The notes under the pieces are model-generated. The model saw only the letters and a list, made by a program, of their open reading frames with translations. It was not told the origin of the DNA and did not search any database. 64,000 nt of DNA from Cyanidioschyzon merolae (taxonomy: Eukaryota). Positions within the stretch are counted from its first letter, which is position 1, and each line of letters starts with the position of its first letter. A program made the translations under genes and the position numbers. Shown here piece by piece: positions 33,542 through 43,328 of the stretch. Location of the stretch: NCBI GenBank assembly GCA_000091205.1, contig AP006498.2; one strand, given 5' to 3'.

Positions 33542-35755
33542 ATGAAAAAGCAAGTCGACGATCCTGGAGGCCGAGGGTCGCCGGCTGCCAGAAAAAAAAC
33601 AAAAAACAGTGCCAAGTCCAGAAGAAAAGGAAAAGAAGAAGGACCAAAGGGGGAAGGGGGGAGACTCTACGTCGAAGGATGCAAGAAAGACGAATGTACG
33701 ACGAGATGGTGGTGAAAACCTTTCTTCATGGCCATATCAAGGATCCCTACAGGGAAAAGTTGCAAGACGCTATCAGAAACCGTGTCGACTCGTACTCCAA
33801 GAGTATTGTCAAGGCGTCGTCAGGACTGATGCATTTGGTACGGGAGATGTATCGCGACGTGACGCACATGGAAACGGTGGAGATTCCGGACGAGTTTTTC
33901 GATAAGAAGTTTATTCGTCAGCTGATGCTTGGTACAGAGGAAGCGCGGAGGGAAAATGTATGAGTGCATGCCCTCCACGAAAAACATCCCTTTTACAGCT
34001 TCAACGGTACTCGATACAAGGGTGACCGGGATATTTACAGCTATGGGGCGATGAAGTACCTCACGAATCTGAAGAATCCTTTGACAGTGAACCTCGAACG
34101 TTTCATGATACGCGCCGTGTTTGCACTCGATCCCGGGCATCTCTCCCAAAGGGATATGGGCGATTACCAATGGCATCACGAACAATCGCCGGCGTGTAGA
34201 TGGGATCGAATTTGTCGACAAGAAGGCGTCAAAAGAGATCACGAATGAAGCTTCTGTTATCCGTGCGGCTATACAAGTGCACCGTGCAGTTTTGGGGCTG
34301 GCGAATCCGACAGACAAGATATCAGAGTTGAAAAAAGATAAGGAAAGATACGATCGTCTCGTCCTACGGTATTTTGTGTTTTTGGACCGAGAGCTCGATC
34401 GCAAAGCGGAGATGAAGCTGAGCGAGGAAAAAAATGAAGAATGGGAGAGACGGAAGGCGTTCCTAATGGGCGAGCGCTTCAACGTGGTTCCGTTGGGCAA
34501 CATCAAGTCACATTTTGTGACTATCGACTCCGGCGTCCTTTACGGCATCATGACTGAGACCAGTCCCGAGTTCGATGTAAGGAGCACAGAGATCACCGCC
34601 GAAACCCGCGAGACGTACTGGAAGAATATCTTCAATTTCAAAGGGCTCAAAGTCAGCAAGAAAAAGGAATTCACTGGGTTGATCGAAAGCGATGGAGTAG
34701 CCATGTGTGTACACTATCTGCGGTTGTTGAAAGATCGTCCAGTTCTGCCCTCGGCTTCGCGCTCGGCGAAACATGAAGAAAACAAACAAGCGGATCCTGC
34801 GACGCAGAAAGTGCAGGAAAACGACTTTGTCGTTGGCGCGGACCCCGGAAACACAAATATCATATCCATCGCTGTATCCAAGCTTGCGGACGATGGTTCT
34901 GACGGTAACTTGCGTCAGAAACACATGCGTCTTCTGAGGTTCTCGAGCGCAAGAGACTAAAGAGAATCCGGAATAATGAATGTGCGGAAGAAAATTGAGA
35001 CATGGAATGCAGGAATAAAGGACCACTTGGAAGCTATGAGCGAGGTGACGAGCCGAGGAGCGGGCTTTCAAGCTTTTCTGAAATTCATGAAAGTTCGCGT
35101 TGCTCATTGGGAGGCGCTGTGGGAGGAGTATACAAAGCCTCGGTGGGCTCGTCTGCGTATGAATCTATACTGTGGGAAGCAGCGGGCGTTCGCGAACTTT
35201 TTCAATCAGTTGAGCGCCCTGAAGGTGGATGTGAGTCAGAGGCTCGTCGTAGCATACGGAGCAGGGCGCTGGAAGACCCAAAAAGGGTGTACACCAGCTC
35301 CAACGACGAGAGCGCACAAGGAGTGTGCACGGCGTTTCGTAACGATACCTGTAGATGAGTTTCGAACATCGTATACACACCACGAGCTGGATTGTACACT
35401 TCAGAGGGTCGAGATGGAAAAGTGCCAGAGGAGCCCTGAAGATATAATAAAGTATGGACCGCTGACGGAGGAGCAAATGGAAAGGAGGGCAAAAGTTCGG
35501 CGACTACTTGCATTAGTAAGTACAACCAATCATGGCAAGAAACGTATGGAATTCGTGAATCGTGACTTTGATGCCGCCATCAATATCAGGAAATGTGCGG
35601 TACTGGAGACGAGAGCTCCAGAGTGGACAAGAGAGAACTTTAATGGACAACCTCTCAAAGTCGAACTATATAAGAAAAAATTGAAACTAGTAGTAGGTGG
35701 ACGTTCCAAACAAACTAGGAGGCGTCTGCACGTCAGTTGGAGACGATTTGTCTAA
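33542..35755 (+). pseudogene. Fanzor/TnpB-like nuclease gene of copy A, disrupted
   Basis: Homopolymer frameshift after MKKQVDDPGG. In-frame TGA at ~33961. A +1 frame change inside 34121-34248 shared with copies B and C. In-frame TAA at 34958 shared with copy C. The 3' part (34976-35755) is intact. Confidence 0.7.
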
Positions 35756-35870
35756 GGCGCGTTTGCCGCCACTACGGTACACTGCTGGCAGCAACGTTTT
35801 TCATTTGAAAAACGTTTGGCGGCGAGCTGCTCATTTCCCACGGGCAGACACCTAAAGCGGGTCATCTGGT

Positions 35871-37913
35871 ATGCTGATGCAGTCAGACACGCCTGTCTCG
35901 AAGAGAAGAGATGTCGAAGCTTGTGACACGTTGACAACGGCCGGTGAGGACGCGGACTCGAACGCGCTTCAAGTAGTTTTACAGGGGCGAGCTGCCGGCT
36001 ATACGTGGTCTGACCGTCGAACAGCGCTTGATCGCCTCTGCGAAAGTCTGAAAACGACGACAGCACTGGCGTGGCTGTCTAGGTTTCCCGAGCTGTTCGC
36101 GGTGGAGGGCGCTGGGCGTCTCGGTGTGGCCCTGTGCCAGCACGCAGAGGAACTGCGTCCGTCTATTGTGGCGAGTGCGTGTCGCCTTGTTCACCAGATA
36201 GCGGCATCCTTACAACAGTGCATAGAGACCGTTGACAGCGGCCGTCGTTGTCATGTTGAGGCATGGGCTCGCACGTTCCACGCTCGTGTGCACCAGGGCG
36301 TCTACAGCGCGGTGACAGCGCACGTCACGAGCGCGACTGCAGTCGCACACGCCGCGTTGGAGGCGCTGAATGAGCTGGCAGTGAAAGTGGATGAAGAGCG
36401 TTGCTCCGTCGAGCGCGATGAACACGAACAGCAACAGGTCCAACGAGCGGACGCTGGTGAAACGTCACCACAAGTAGAGGAGCTTCAGACGGACATGACA
36501 GGCGCTAGCTGCAGTCACGCTCGTGCGACCATGCTCTCGGGTGACAGGAAAAAAGCCACGAGTGAGGAAACGGATGCATCCGCAAAACTCAGCCCACAAC
36601 TCGAGCTTGAAGCTGATCTAGAGCATTGGGCAGCGCCGCTGGCAGCCAATGCTAGCAGCGTCCTCGACTATTCCTTGTCCGTACGCAAGCATATCTCACT
36701 CGTTTCAAGGAACGAGAGGAACGCTTCCCTGGATTGTCCCAGGACGGGTTCACCCGTAGGCTCGCACGAGAATGCTCTGTCTACCACAAGTGCGGCTTCT
36801 GCAGACAAAGAGAATACCGAGGCAGGCGGCACGCGAGACAACGGCAGCCGAACGGCGCTCGCCCTGCGCAGTGCACCACCAGCCGTGCACAGGCCTGAAA
36901 CGGCATCAAATGCGCCACTGAATAAGACCGAGGCCGACGCTGCGCTCGTTGAAAAGAACCGAGAACTGACTGCGATTCTACAACAGTATGAGGCGACTTT
37001 AGAAACGTTGATTCAGAGCGAAACCGAGTCGCAGGCTTGCAGTGTTCGCACCAAACTCCTTAACCTGGACACGGAGAACAATCAGTTGAAGGCTGATCTG
37101 CTCACATGTACGGAAGCTTTCGAACAGCTTCGTTCAAGGTATCGAGATTTGAAAGAAAAGCTTCAAGTCGCTCAGGAAAATGAGCGACGAGCGACTGCCA
37201 TCGCCCAGACAGCCTCCGAAAGAATGGACGAAATGGAGCGATACCTTCGGGAATTCAAGCACCATGCCGAACAGAAACTGACGCAGGCTTTTCAGCTGGT
37301 TAGCCAGAGCAAAAACGACGTGATGACCAGGGACGCCACCATTACGTCTTTGGAAAAGGCCCTTGAAGCCAAGCGTACGGAATGCGCAGAGAAAGACGCC
37401 GCTATCAGCGAAGCCATGCACATGTACCGTCGAGCGGAGAGCTCGCAAGAGCAACTGCAGGCGCGTATCGTAGCTCTTGAAAACGAGATGCAAGCGCTGC
37501 GCTCCAGGGCTCAAACTGCCGAATCCGAACTGGAGGTGTTGCGTTCGGAACTCGCAGTCAGTGGGCCCAGTAACCTGCTAGGTGATGCGAGTGCCCCGCT
37601 GGGACCCCAGCTGGAGGAACTCCGCTCCGCGCTGGCAGCTGCACGTTCCAGGGAAGAAACGCTCCAGCGCGAACTCAAAAGGCTCAATAATGAAAACCAG
37701 AGCCTCAAAGCGCGCACCTATGATCATCTGCAGACCATCGAGTCGCTCCGTGCTGAACTGCAGCGGCCAAAGCCAGTTCCAACCCCAGCCCTTGGCATAG
37801 ACGCTGCGGAGGTTGAGCGTTTGCGCGACGAGAACGAGGAGCTGCACCAGCTCTGTAACACCCTTCTGGAGAAACTAGAAGCGCTCGAAGCGAGAACTTC
37901 TGCAGCGCACTAG
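35871..37913 (+). CDS. coiled-coil protein (hypothetical)
   Basis: ATG start verified. The C-terminal ~350 aa is heptad-rich (LKADLLTCTEAFEQLRSRYRDLKEKLQVAQENERRA ... LENEMQALRSRAQTAESELEVLRSELA). No enzymatic motif seen. Confidence 0.4.
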   Translation: MLMQSDTPVSKRRDVEACDTLTTAGEDADSNALQVVLQGRAAGYTWSDRRTALDRLCESLKTTTALAWLSRFPELFAVEGAGRLGVALCQHAEELRPSIVASACRLVHQIAASLQQCIETVDSGRRCHVEAWARTFHARVHQGVYSAVTAHVTSATAVAHAALEALNELAVKVDEERCSVERDEHEQQQVQRADAGETSPQVEELQTDMTGASCSHARATMLSGDRKKATSEETDASAKLSPQLELEADLEHWAAPLAANASSVLDYSLSVRKHISLVSRNERNASLDCPRTGSPVGSHENALSTTSAASADKENTEAGGTRDNGSRTALALRSAPPAVHRPETASNAPLNKTEADAALVEKNRELTAILQQYEATLETLIQSETESQACSVRTKLLNLDTENNQLKADLLTCTEAFEQLRSRYRDLKEKLQVAQENERRATAIAQTASERMDEMERYLREFKHHAEQKLTQAFQLVSQSKNDVMTRDATITSLEKALEAKRTECAEKDAAISEAMHMYRRAESSQEQLQARIVALENEMQALRSRAQTAESELEVLRSELAVSGPSNLLGDASAPLGPQLEELRSALAAARSREETLQRELKRLNNENQSLKARTYDHLQTIESLRAELQRPKPVPTPALGIDAAEVERLRDENEELHQLCNTLLEKLEALEARTSAAH

Positions 37914-38308
37914 ACATCCTCGCTCGTGCTGTACGTGCAAGCGTGCCCTCCGTTTCAGGATAGTCAGATTCTCTCCCAGGGGTTTACCACACAAACCTGC
38001 CCTGCAACACAAGCGTTTTTGCTTGAGCATCGTTCGAGTCTAGCTGGATAGAGCCCAGTCTTCGGGCTGCAGCGTGCAGCCAAAGAGGTCTGCTTTCAGC
38101 TGGCTGCCTTGGTGGAACTTGGTTGCCGGGAAAACGTCGCGGTAGGGAACGGCGTAAACGGCCAGGGCTCTGGCCTCGTTACCTCGAAGCCGCACGAACG
38201 GGTAACTTTGGAAGCAGCTGTCCAAAAGCCAGATCAGGCAACGGCGCCACTGTACTTGTTCTTCGGAGTAAATGGCTCGTCAGCAATTCGCATAAAAAGG
38301 TGATCTGT

Positions 38309-41300
38309 ATGGTGCACTCGCCACTCCCTGGTTCATACAAAACCTTTTCCACCGCTGATGAGAAAAGGCGCGTTCCGAATCAGCGCCCTATTCGAAAACA
38401 CCGCGGATGGAGGATTCGAGCGTTGTCGCGCAACGCGTTTCGCAACTTACCAGCGTCTCGCTTGAGTACTCCAATGACGGACTGGAAGCAATGGAAGGTG
38501 CGAGAACTGAAGCAGTACCTGTTGGAGCACGACCCCTCTGCCATGCCTGCTCAGCAGCGTCCAACCAAAGCCGAGCTCGTGGAAGCAGTAGAGCAGGTGC
38601 ACCAGCGGCTGCAACGGCGCCAGAAAACGAAGCAGAATCCGCCACGAGCGCTGCCGAAAGAAGAGGCACGGGAACCACGACGACCAGGACCACGACCACG
38701 ACAGTCAGCTCTTGGAGACGAAAGAAAGCTACCTACTACTCGTGCGCCGAGAACGCCCAAAAAAGCCGAACGACAGCAACAGGACTCAAACAGGGGTGTG
38801 GGCAAGTCGGAGGCCCCCGAGCGACCCTCTAGCTCGGAGAGTGTCACCGCAACGTCAAGAAAAACACGCCAGAAGCGAAGCGCTCGAAAGACGGAAGCTG
38901 TCCAAGGATCTTCTGGTGTGGACGGCTCGAGTTCTGGGAGGAAACGAGTGCGGCGCTCACCGCTGCGCGGCGAGGAGGCTCGGCGCCGACTCGTCGGGGA
39001 CGATATTCCCGAGGATCGCTCTCCAGACGGCGGGGCTTGGGCAGAATCCCAACATCCACTTCTCTGGAGTGTGCGTCCAAGGTCAGAGGCGCAGCTTTCA
39101 CCTGCGTCGCTGATCCAGGACCTGCGCAGAAGGCCTTTCTCTGCAAACGCCACATCGACGCGTACATCCAGTCCCGACCGACATCGTAGCGCGAGTCCAC
39201 GAGCTTCATCAACCTGGCAGGACACTACGCGCGAATTTCGCCCAACGAAGCAAGGTCGATCGCCGAGTCCTACCGTCTCTGCATCGAATGGTGCAGGGCC
39301 GAGTACGTCGAGCGGGCTCGGACTCCGGGAAGCGTTACGCGACGTGCTTAGCATGGTGAAGTCGCATGATCAATTAGAACCGATGGAATATGTCGAGTAC
39401 CCTGAGCAGGTGCTGCCTGCTGAAGCGGAGTCTCACGCGCGTTGGCACGCCTTGACACATCAGGTTTCAGCAGTAACACCGGAAGCTGGCGATGGAGCAT
39501 CGCGATCCTCACTGCATTCGTCGCCCGTTGCAGGTCGTGATGTGCCGTGGTTGCGTCAACCGCGCAACGCGGCTGCTCAGACAAAGGAGGCGTCTCGGAT
39601 AACTTTATTGCGTGATACCTGTGACCCATTGGCGCAGTCGCAGCACATGCCCCCGAGAGAGGACGTTGTCGCCCTCTCGACTGGTAGCCCAGGCGAGCTC
39701 ACGTCGGGCGGTACACTGGCTGGCACCCGATCGACTCCGACGCGAGCATACACTGTTCAACAGGATGAAGCAGCCTCGGGATTCATGACAGGTTCAATGG
39801 AAGGTACGAGACTGGCATCGCTCCATGAGCAAGTTAGCGCAGTGCTCGAGCGTATACGCGCCGAGCAAGCAAACCTCGTATCTGGACCAGAGGCCGCCAC
39901 CAGTACAGCGCTGAGTCGAAACGCGGATAGCTTGGCGACGGACGCTCTGCATCAGCGTCTCGGCGACAGCGGAGCAGCAGCTCCAGCGGTAGCTTCCTTG
40001 GAGAACAGGTCGCCTGGAGGGAGCGCAGCGGCGCTGACTCGAGGCACCCTCACTGTCGCCCCAGAGCCGCCGTTTGCGCAGAGCCCGCTGCAAGCGTTTC
40101 GTACCTTGCGGCAAAATCGCGAGCGAATGCCCGTCAGCAGTGCAGCAACATTGACGGGCTCCTTGCGCGGACGACCTGTACATCCTCTGGAACAGCGTTC
40201 AGGCGACAGCGCTGAACGGTCGACCTCAGCCACGACGACGGATCCTACTCGATCACCGGGAGCGTTCCATGCCTCCTGGTCGCTGCCGTCGACAGACGCT
40301 CATTCAGGAGACCAGCCGTCTATCTCGGAGTCACAGAGGTATCTTGCGCGACCTGAGACGCATGCAGCGGTGCAGGAAACGAGCGCGGGCACTCCTGGGA
40401 ATGCTTCACGCGTCTCGAGACGGGATCCAGCCTTGCTGGGCAACCGCGCACTCGAACACCGTCACTGGCTCCGTAGCCACTGGAGAGTGCTCGTAGCGCT
40501 CTGTCTCCTTCTCTGGTTTGCCGTTCGCATATATCTCGTCTTGCCATCGATTCCCTTTTGTGATTCATCAGAGTCAGGTTCTGGCCCTGTGCTTGGATGT
40601 CGTCCGTGCCCCGAGCACGGCATCTGTGTCGGCGGTGTGCTTACCTGCCGAGACGGCTACGTCGTGCTCGGCAGTACATGCGCGCCTGACCGCGACCTCA
40701 ACCGTTATGCGCACATCATTCAGGGGCAAGTCCACCGCCTGCTCGGCGAATCCGCGGGTCGCTACCGCTGTGGTGAACGGGCCATACGTTGGAAATGGAC
40801 CGAACGAGAACTGCGCGAAGCACTGGAGCAGCATCCGTATATGGAGCGCCTCGTTCGAAGCAGCAAGTGGAAGGCTGCTTTTCGCCGTGCGCTGGATACG
40901 TTAGATGATCCCGTGGTGAAGCAGCCGCGCAGCGCGCATGACACAGTGCATAGGAGTCCGCGCTCCGTGGATGACGCGAACGACACCGTTCCTGCGGAAG
41001 CGTTTCAAAGAGGCGGCGCAGCGGAACGCCCGCTCCTCGCGGATGACTCTGGCACAAACAGCAACAGCAACAGCAACATCAGCCCGAATATGGCCAGCAA
41101 TGAGTCTATGCAACCCGATTCTGATGCCACGCAAACAGGGCAACTTGCTGACGATGAGCTACTACTCTACTGGAGCACCGATGCACAGCGGCCGATGTGG
41201 TGTCGCCTCTGGCAACTCACAGAAGCGCATCTTGGGAGTCTGATCTGGTTAGGGAGCATCACAGCCGTGACACTGATGTTCGCTACGACTTTGAGACGAA

Positions 41301-41662
41301 AGCGACTACGCCAGCGACAGATTCGGAGCCTCCAACAAGCCGTTCATGGTCGTCTCCAGGAGCAGAAACGATCATACCTTGTGGCGCTGCAGCGGGGGCG
41401 CGCCGATGTCGTGACCCCGTTTCTCATCGATGTGCACCTGCGGGATGAACTTCTCGGCGACATTGCGAACATTTACGACCGTCAACGCTTGTGGGAGGGG
41501 GTGAGTGCTCGCGCGCGGACCGACTCTCGCTTGCAGCTTCGCTCGGAGACGTTTACTGACGGCCGCCGCGCCCTCGTCTGGGAATGGACGGGGCCGCTGG
41601 GCTCCGCAGAGAACGCTGCACCGCATCTGGTGCTTTCAGGCGGCACCACAAGTGTCGAATAG
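38309..41662 (+). CDS. HeH/LEM-like inner-nuclear-membrane protein (Src1/Heh/MAN1-type architecture)
   Basis: N-terminal helix-extension-helix/SAP-like motif MTDWKQWKVRELKQYLLEHDPS ... PTKAELVEAVEQV (an alternative start at ATG 38474 would place it at the N-terminus). A long basic/S-rich linker with NLS-like KKAERQQQ/RKTRQKRSARK. Two TM helices (WRVLVALCLLLWFAVRIYLVL; LIWLGSITAVTLMFATTL) flank a Cys-rich lumenal loop. C-terminal domain ends ALVWEWTGP. Confidence 0.4.
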   Translation: MVHSPLPGSYKTFSTADEKRRVPNQRPIRKHRGWRIRALSRNAFRNLPASRLSTPMTDWKQWKVRELKQYLLEHDPSAMPAQQRPTKAELVEAVEQVHQRLQRRQKTKQNPPRALPKEEAREPRRPGPRPRQSALGDERKLPTTRAPRTPKKAERQQQDSNRGVGKSEAPERPSSSESVTATSRKTRQKRSARKTEAVQGSSGVDGSSSGRKRVRRSPLRGEEARRRLVGDDIPEDRSPDGGAWAESQHPLLWSVRPRSEAQLSPASLIQDLRRRPFSANATSTRTSSPDRHRSASPRASSTWQDTTREFRPTKQGRSPSPTVSASNGAGPSTSSGLGLREALRDVLSMVKSHDQLEPMEYVEYPEQVLPAEAESHARWHALTHQVSAVTPEAGDGASRSSLHSSPVAGRDVPWLRQPRNAAAQTKEASRITLLRDTCDPLAQSQHMPPREDVVALSTGSPGELTSGGTLAGTRSTPTRAYTVQQDEAASGFMTGSMEGTRLASLHEQVSAVLERIRAEQANLVSGPEAATSTALSRNADSLATDALHQRLGDSGAAAPAVASLENRSPGGSAAALTRGTLTVAPEPPFAQSPLQAFRTLRQNRERMPVSSAATLTGSLRGRPVHPLEQRSGDSAERSTSATTTDPTRSPGAFHASWSLPSTDAHSGDQPSISESQRYLARPETHAAVQETSAGTPGNASRVSRRDPALLGNRALEHRHWLRSHWRVLVALCLLLWFAVRIYLVLPSIPFCDSSESGSGPVLGCRPCPEHGICVGGVLTCRDGYVVLGSTCAPDRDLNRYAHIIQGQVHRLLGESAGRYRCGERAIRWKWTERELREALEQHPYMERLVRSSKWKAAFRRALDTLDDPVVKQPRSAHDTVHRSPRSVDDANDTVPAEAFQRGGAAERPLLADDSGTNSNSNSNISPNMASNESMQPDSDATQTGQLADDELLLYWSTDAQRPMWCRLWQLTEAHLGSLIWLGSITAVTLMFATTLRRKRLRQRQIRSLQQAVHGRLQEQKRSYLVALQRGRADVVTPFLIDVHLRDELLGDIANIYDRQRLWEGVSARARTDSRLQLRSETFTDGRRALVWEWTGPLGSAENAAPHLVLSGGTTSVE

Positions 41663-43296
41663 GCGTCTTTGCACGTGCCCGAACGCAACGTCGCACTGTC
41701 CGGAAGCGATTCCGCTCGTCATACTCGAATCGTATCGGTACTGGCGAACGCTAACTTGTGCTACGCGCTGCGCTCAGCAACTCGACGAGGCAGCGTGCAT
41801 GAAGCGACCGGTATCGCTGGTATTCGCAACATTGGGGCATGCTGCGGCCTGGACTGTACGATGCATCCATAACCTGAAATTGTATGATGGAAGCGTGCAG
41901 TGCTCCGGACGCCTGGCCAAGGCATCGGACCTGCTATCTGATGCGCTTGCTGCACAACGTCGACAGCAGGTGCATGTGCCGATATCAGCAGCAGCAGCAG
42001 CAGGAGTAGTAGCAGGAGTAGCAGTGTTCGTAATAATGATGACGTAAAATTGCCCGCTTGCGTTCTATCGGGGATCGCGGGCACTGACCGGGTGCAACGT
42101 CACGTTGAAGCGGCTGTAGCGGTGTCTACGCTTTGCCTTGGCGTCTTGCGGACGCCATGAAGAGGATGCGCCTGCGGCCTTGCTGACGCCTCCACAAACG
42201 CTACCGGTTGTCAGGGAGTGAAAGTCGGTCTCGGCACGGGTGCGCTGACGCTGCGCGGAGGATGCTTTCCGCACTGGACGCGATGCATACAGGTGCGAGC
42301 ACCCAGGGACACGAGGCAGCACCCGGGAAATTTGGTCTCGGGTTTTATGTGACCCGATGGCTCCAGTGGCGCTTACAGGACATTCGGGTGTCGGATAGGT
42401 ACGATCCATCTCTGCAGCCGCGTCGAATACAAATGGAACACTGAACTGGCCGCTCTGTTCCTGCTTTACGATTCGTTCCGAAATTGGAGTTGATGTACAA
42501 CCAGCATATGTAACATGGAGCGATAAGGCCAAACGGGTTCATGTGTACTTTTCGTATGTTGGTCGTCTTTTGGGAGCTGCTGCCTCGAGGCGTTGCCGTT
42601 TGAAATCTTTACCTCACCGACATCAGGATGATGCGCGACGACTCCGAACCAGGCTGCGCAACATAACCGATATCAATATCCAATGCATAGGCACGAGCTC
42701 GCAAGCATCTCCCTTGGTGTGTAGCGTGCTCAAATAACGCATGCGTCGAGTTACGATCTATATGCTTTCAAGAAATATTCGTGAGCACAAGAATTCGCGA
42801 CGCTGGACTGAACACGGGAAAAATCGACGTTCGTCGGTTGACGATTTTTGAGCAAGTTCATGGGAAAAGTTCACTGGACTCGTCACGCCAAATAATCTGG
42901 TGCATTCCGAAAACAAGTATTCATTCATTTCTAGCCAACGACAAAACGGCATTCGAGCCCACCGTGGTGCCTTTCATCGGATATGCACCTAGTGTCTAGC
43001 GTCTCTTCAGTTTGCACGCAAATCGGTCTTGGACTTGAATCCTCGTAGCGATCGGGTCTCCAGTGAGGCGTGCGACACTACATCACAGGAAAGGAGTGTA
43101 CACAAGTCGAAATGGTTGGGCTTGTTCTCGATCCTGGAGTTCGCTTTCGGGACTTGCTCGATCGTGGACAACAACATCGCATTCCGTGGACCACTTTGTC
43201 GAATAGAAAAGCGCGCGCATTTGCACCTCCAGCGGGCAGCGTACGCTCCAAGCGGATCGCCCTGCCAAAGCACCTGATCATAGGATACGACACACC

Positions 43297-43328
43297 GGGG
43301 AGCGGGGCGGGGCGGGGCGGGGCGGGGT
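43297..43328 (+). repeat. (GGGGC)n tract with G-quadruplex potential
   Basis: ggggagcggggcggggcggggcggggcgggg read directly. It has at least five G4 runs and lies in a gene-poor stretch. Confidence 0.7.

Larger units (their letters stand above)
33333..35797 (+). mobile_element. Fanzor/TnpB-like (IS200/605 OrfB-type RuvC nuclease) transposon, copy A, ~2.46 kb
   Basis: N-terminal K/R-rich NLS (KKRKRRR). Ruv[19 protein letters not shown]. RuvC-II IPVDEFRTSYTHHELDCTL with a zinc-finger-like HH/C/C stretch. RuvC-III KKRMEFVNRDFDAAINI. A ~40 bp conserved non-coding 3' tail (ggaggcgtctgcacgtcagttggagacgatttgtctaaggcgcgtttgccgccactacgg) follows the stop. Near-identical copies B and C define the ends (boundaries +/-30 bp). 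Confidence 0.8.

Noticed and set aside
34508-35107. 199-aa ORF antisense to Fanzor copy A, conserved in copy C (55158-55757) and partly in B
   Set aside because: Conservation is explained by the copies being ~90% identical transposon copies. No protein features. Antisense to the RuvC-coding strand.
38015-38035. tRNA-like B-box (cgttcgagtct) and other GTTCGA occurrences (4134, 29585)
   Set aside because: No A box, no complementary T-stem or acceptor stem could be built around any of them. No tRNA is supported.
38388-39354. Several 100-270 aa ORFs on both strands inside the HeH/LEM protein gene
   Set aside because: They lie in a low-complexity S/R/A-rich coding region where all frames stay open. 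Not independent genes.
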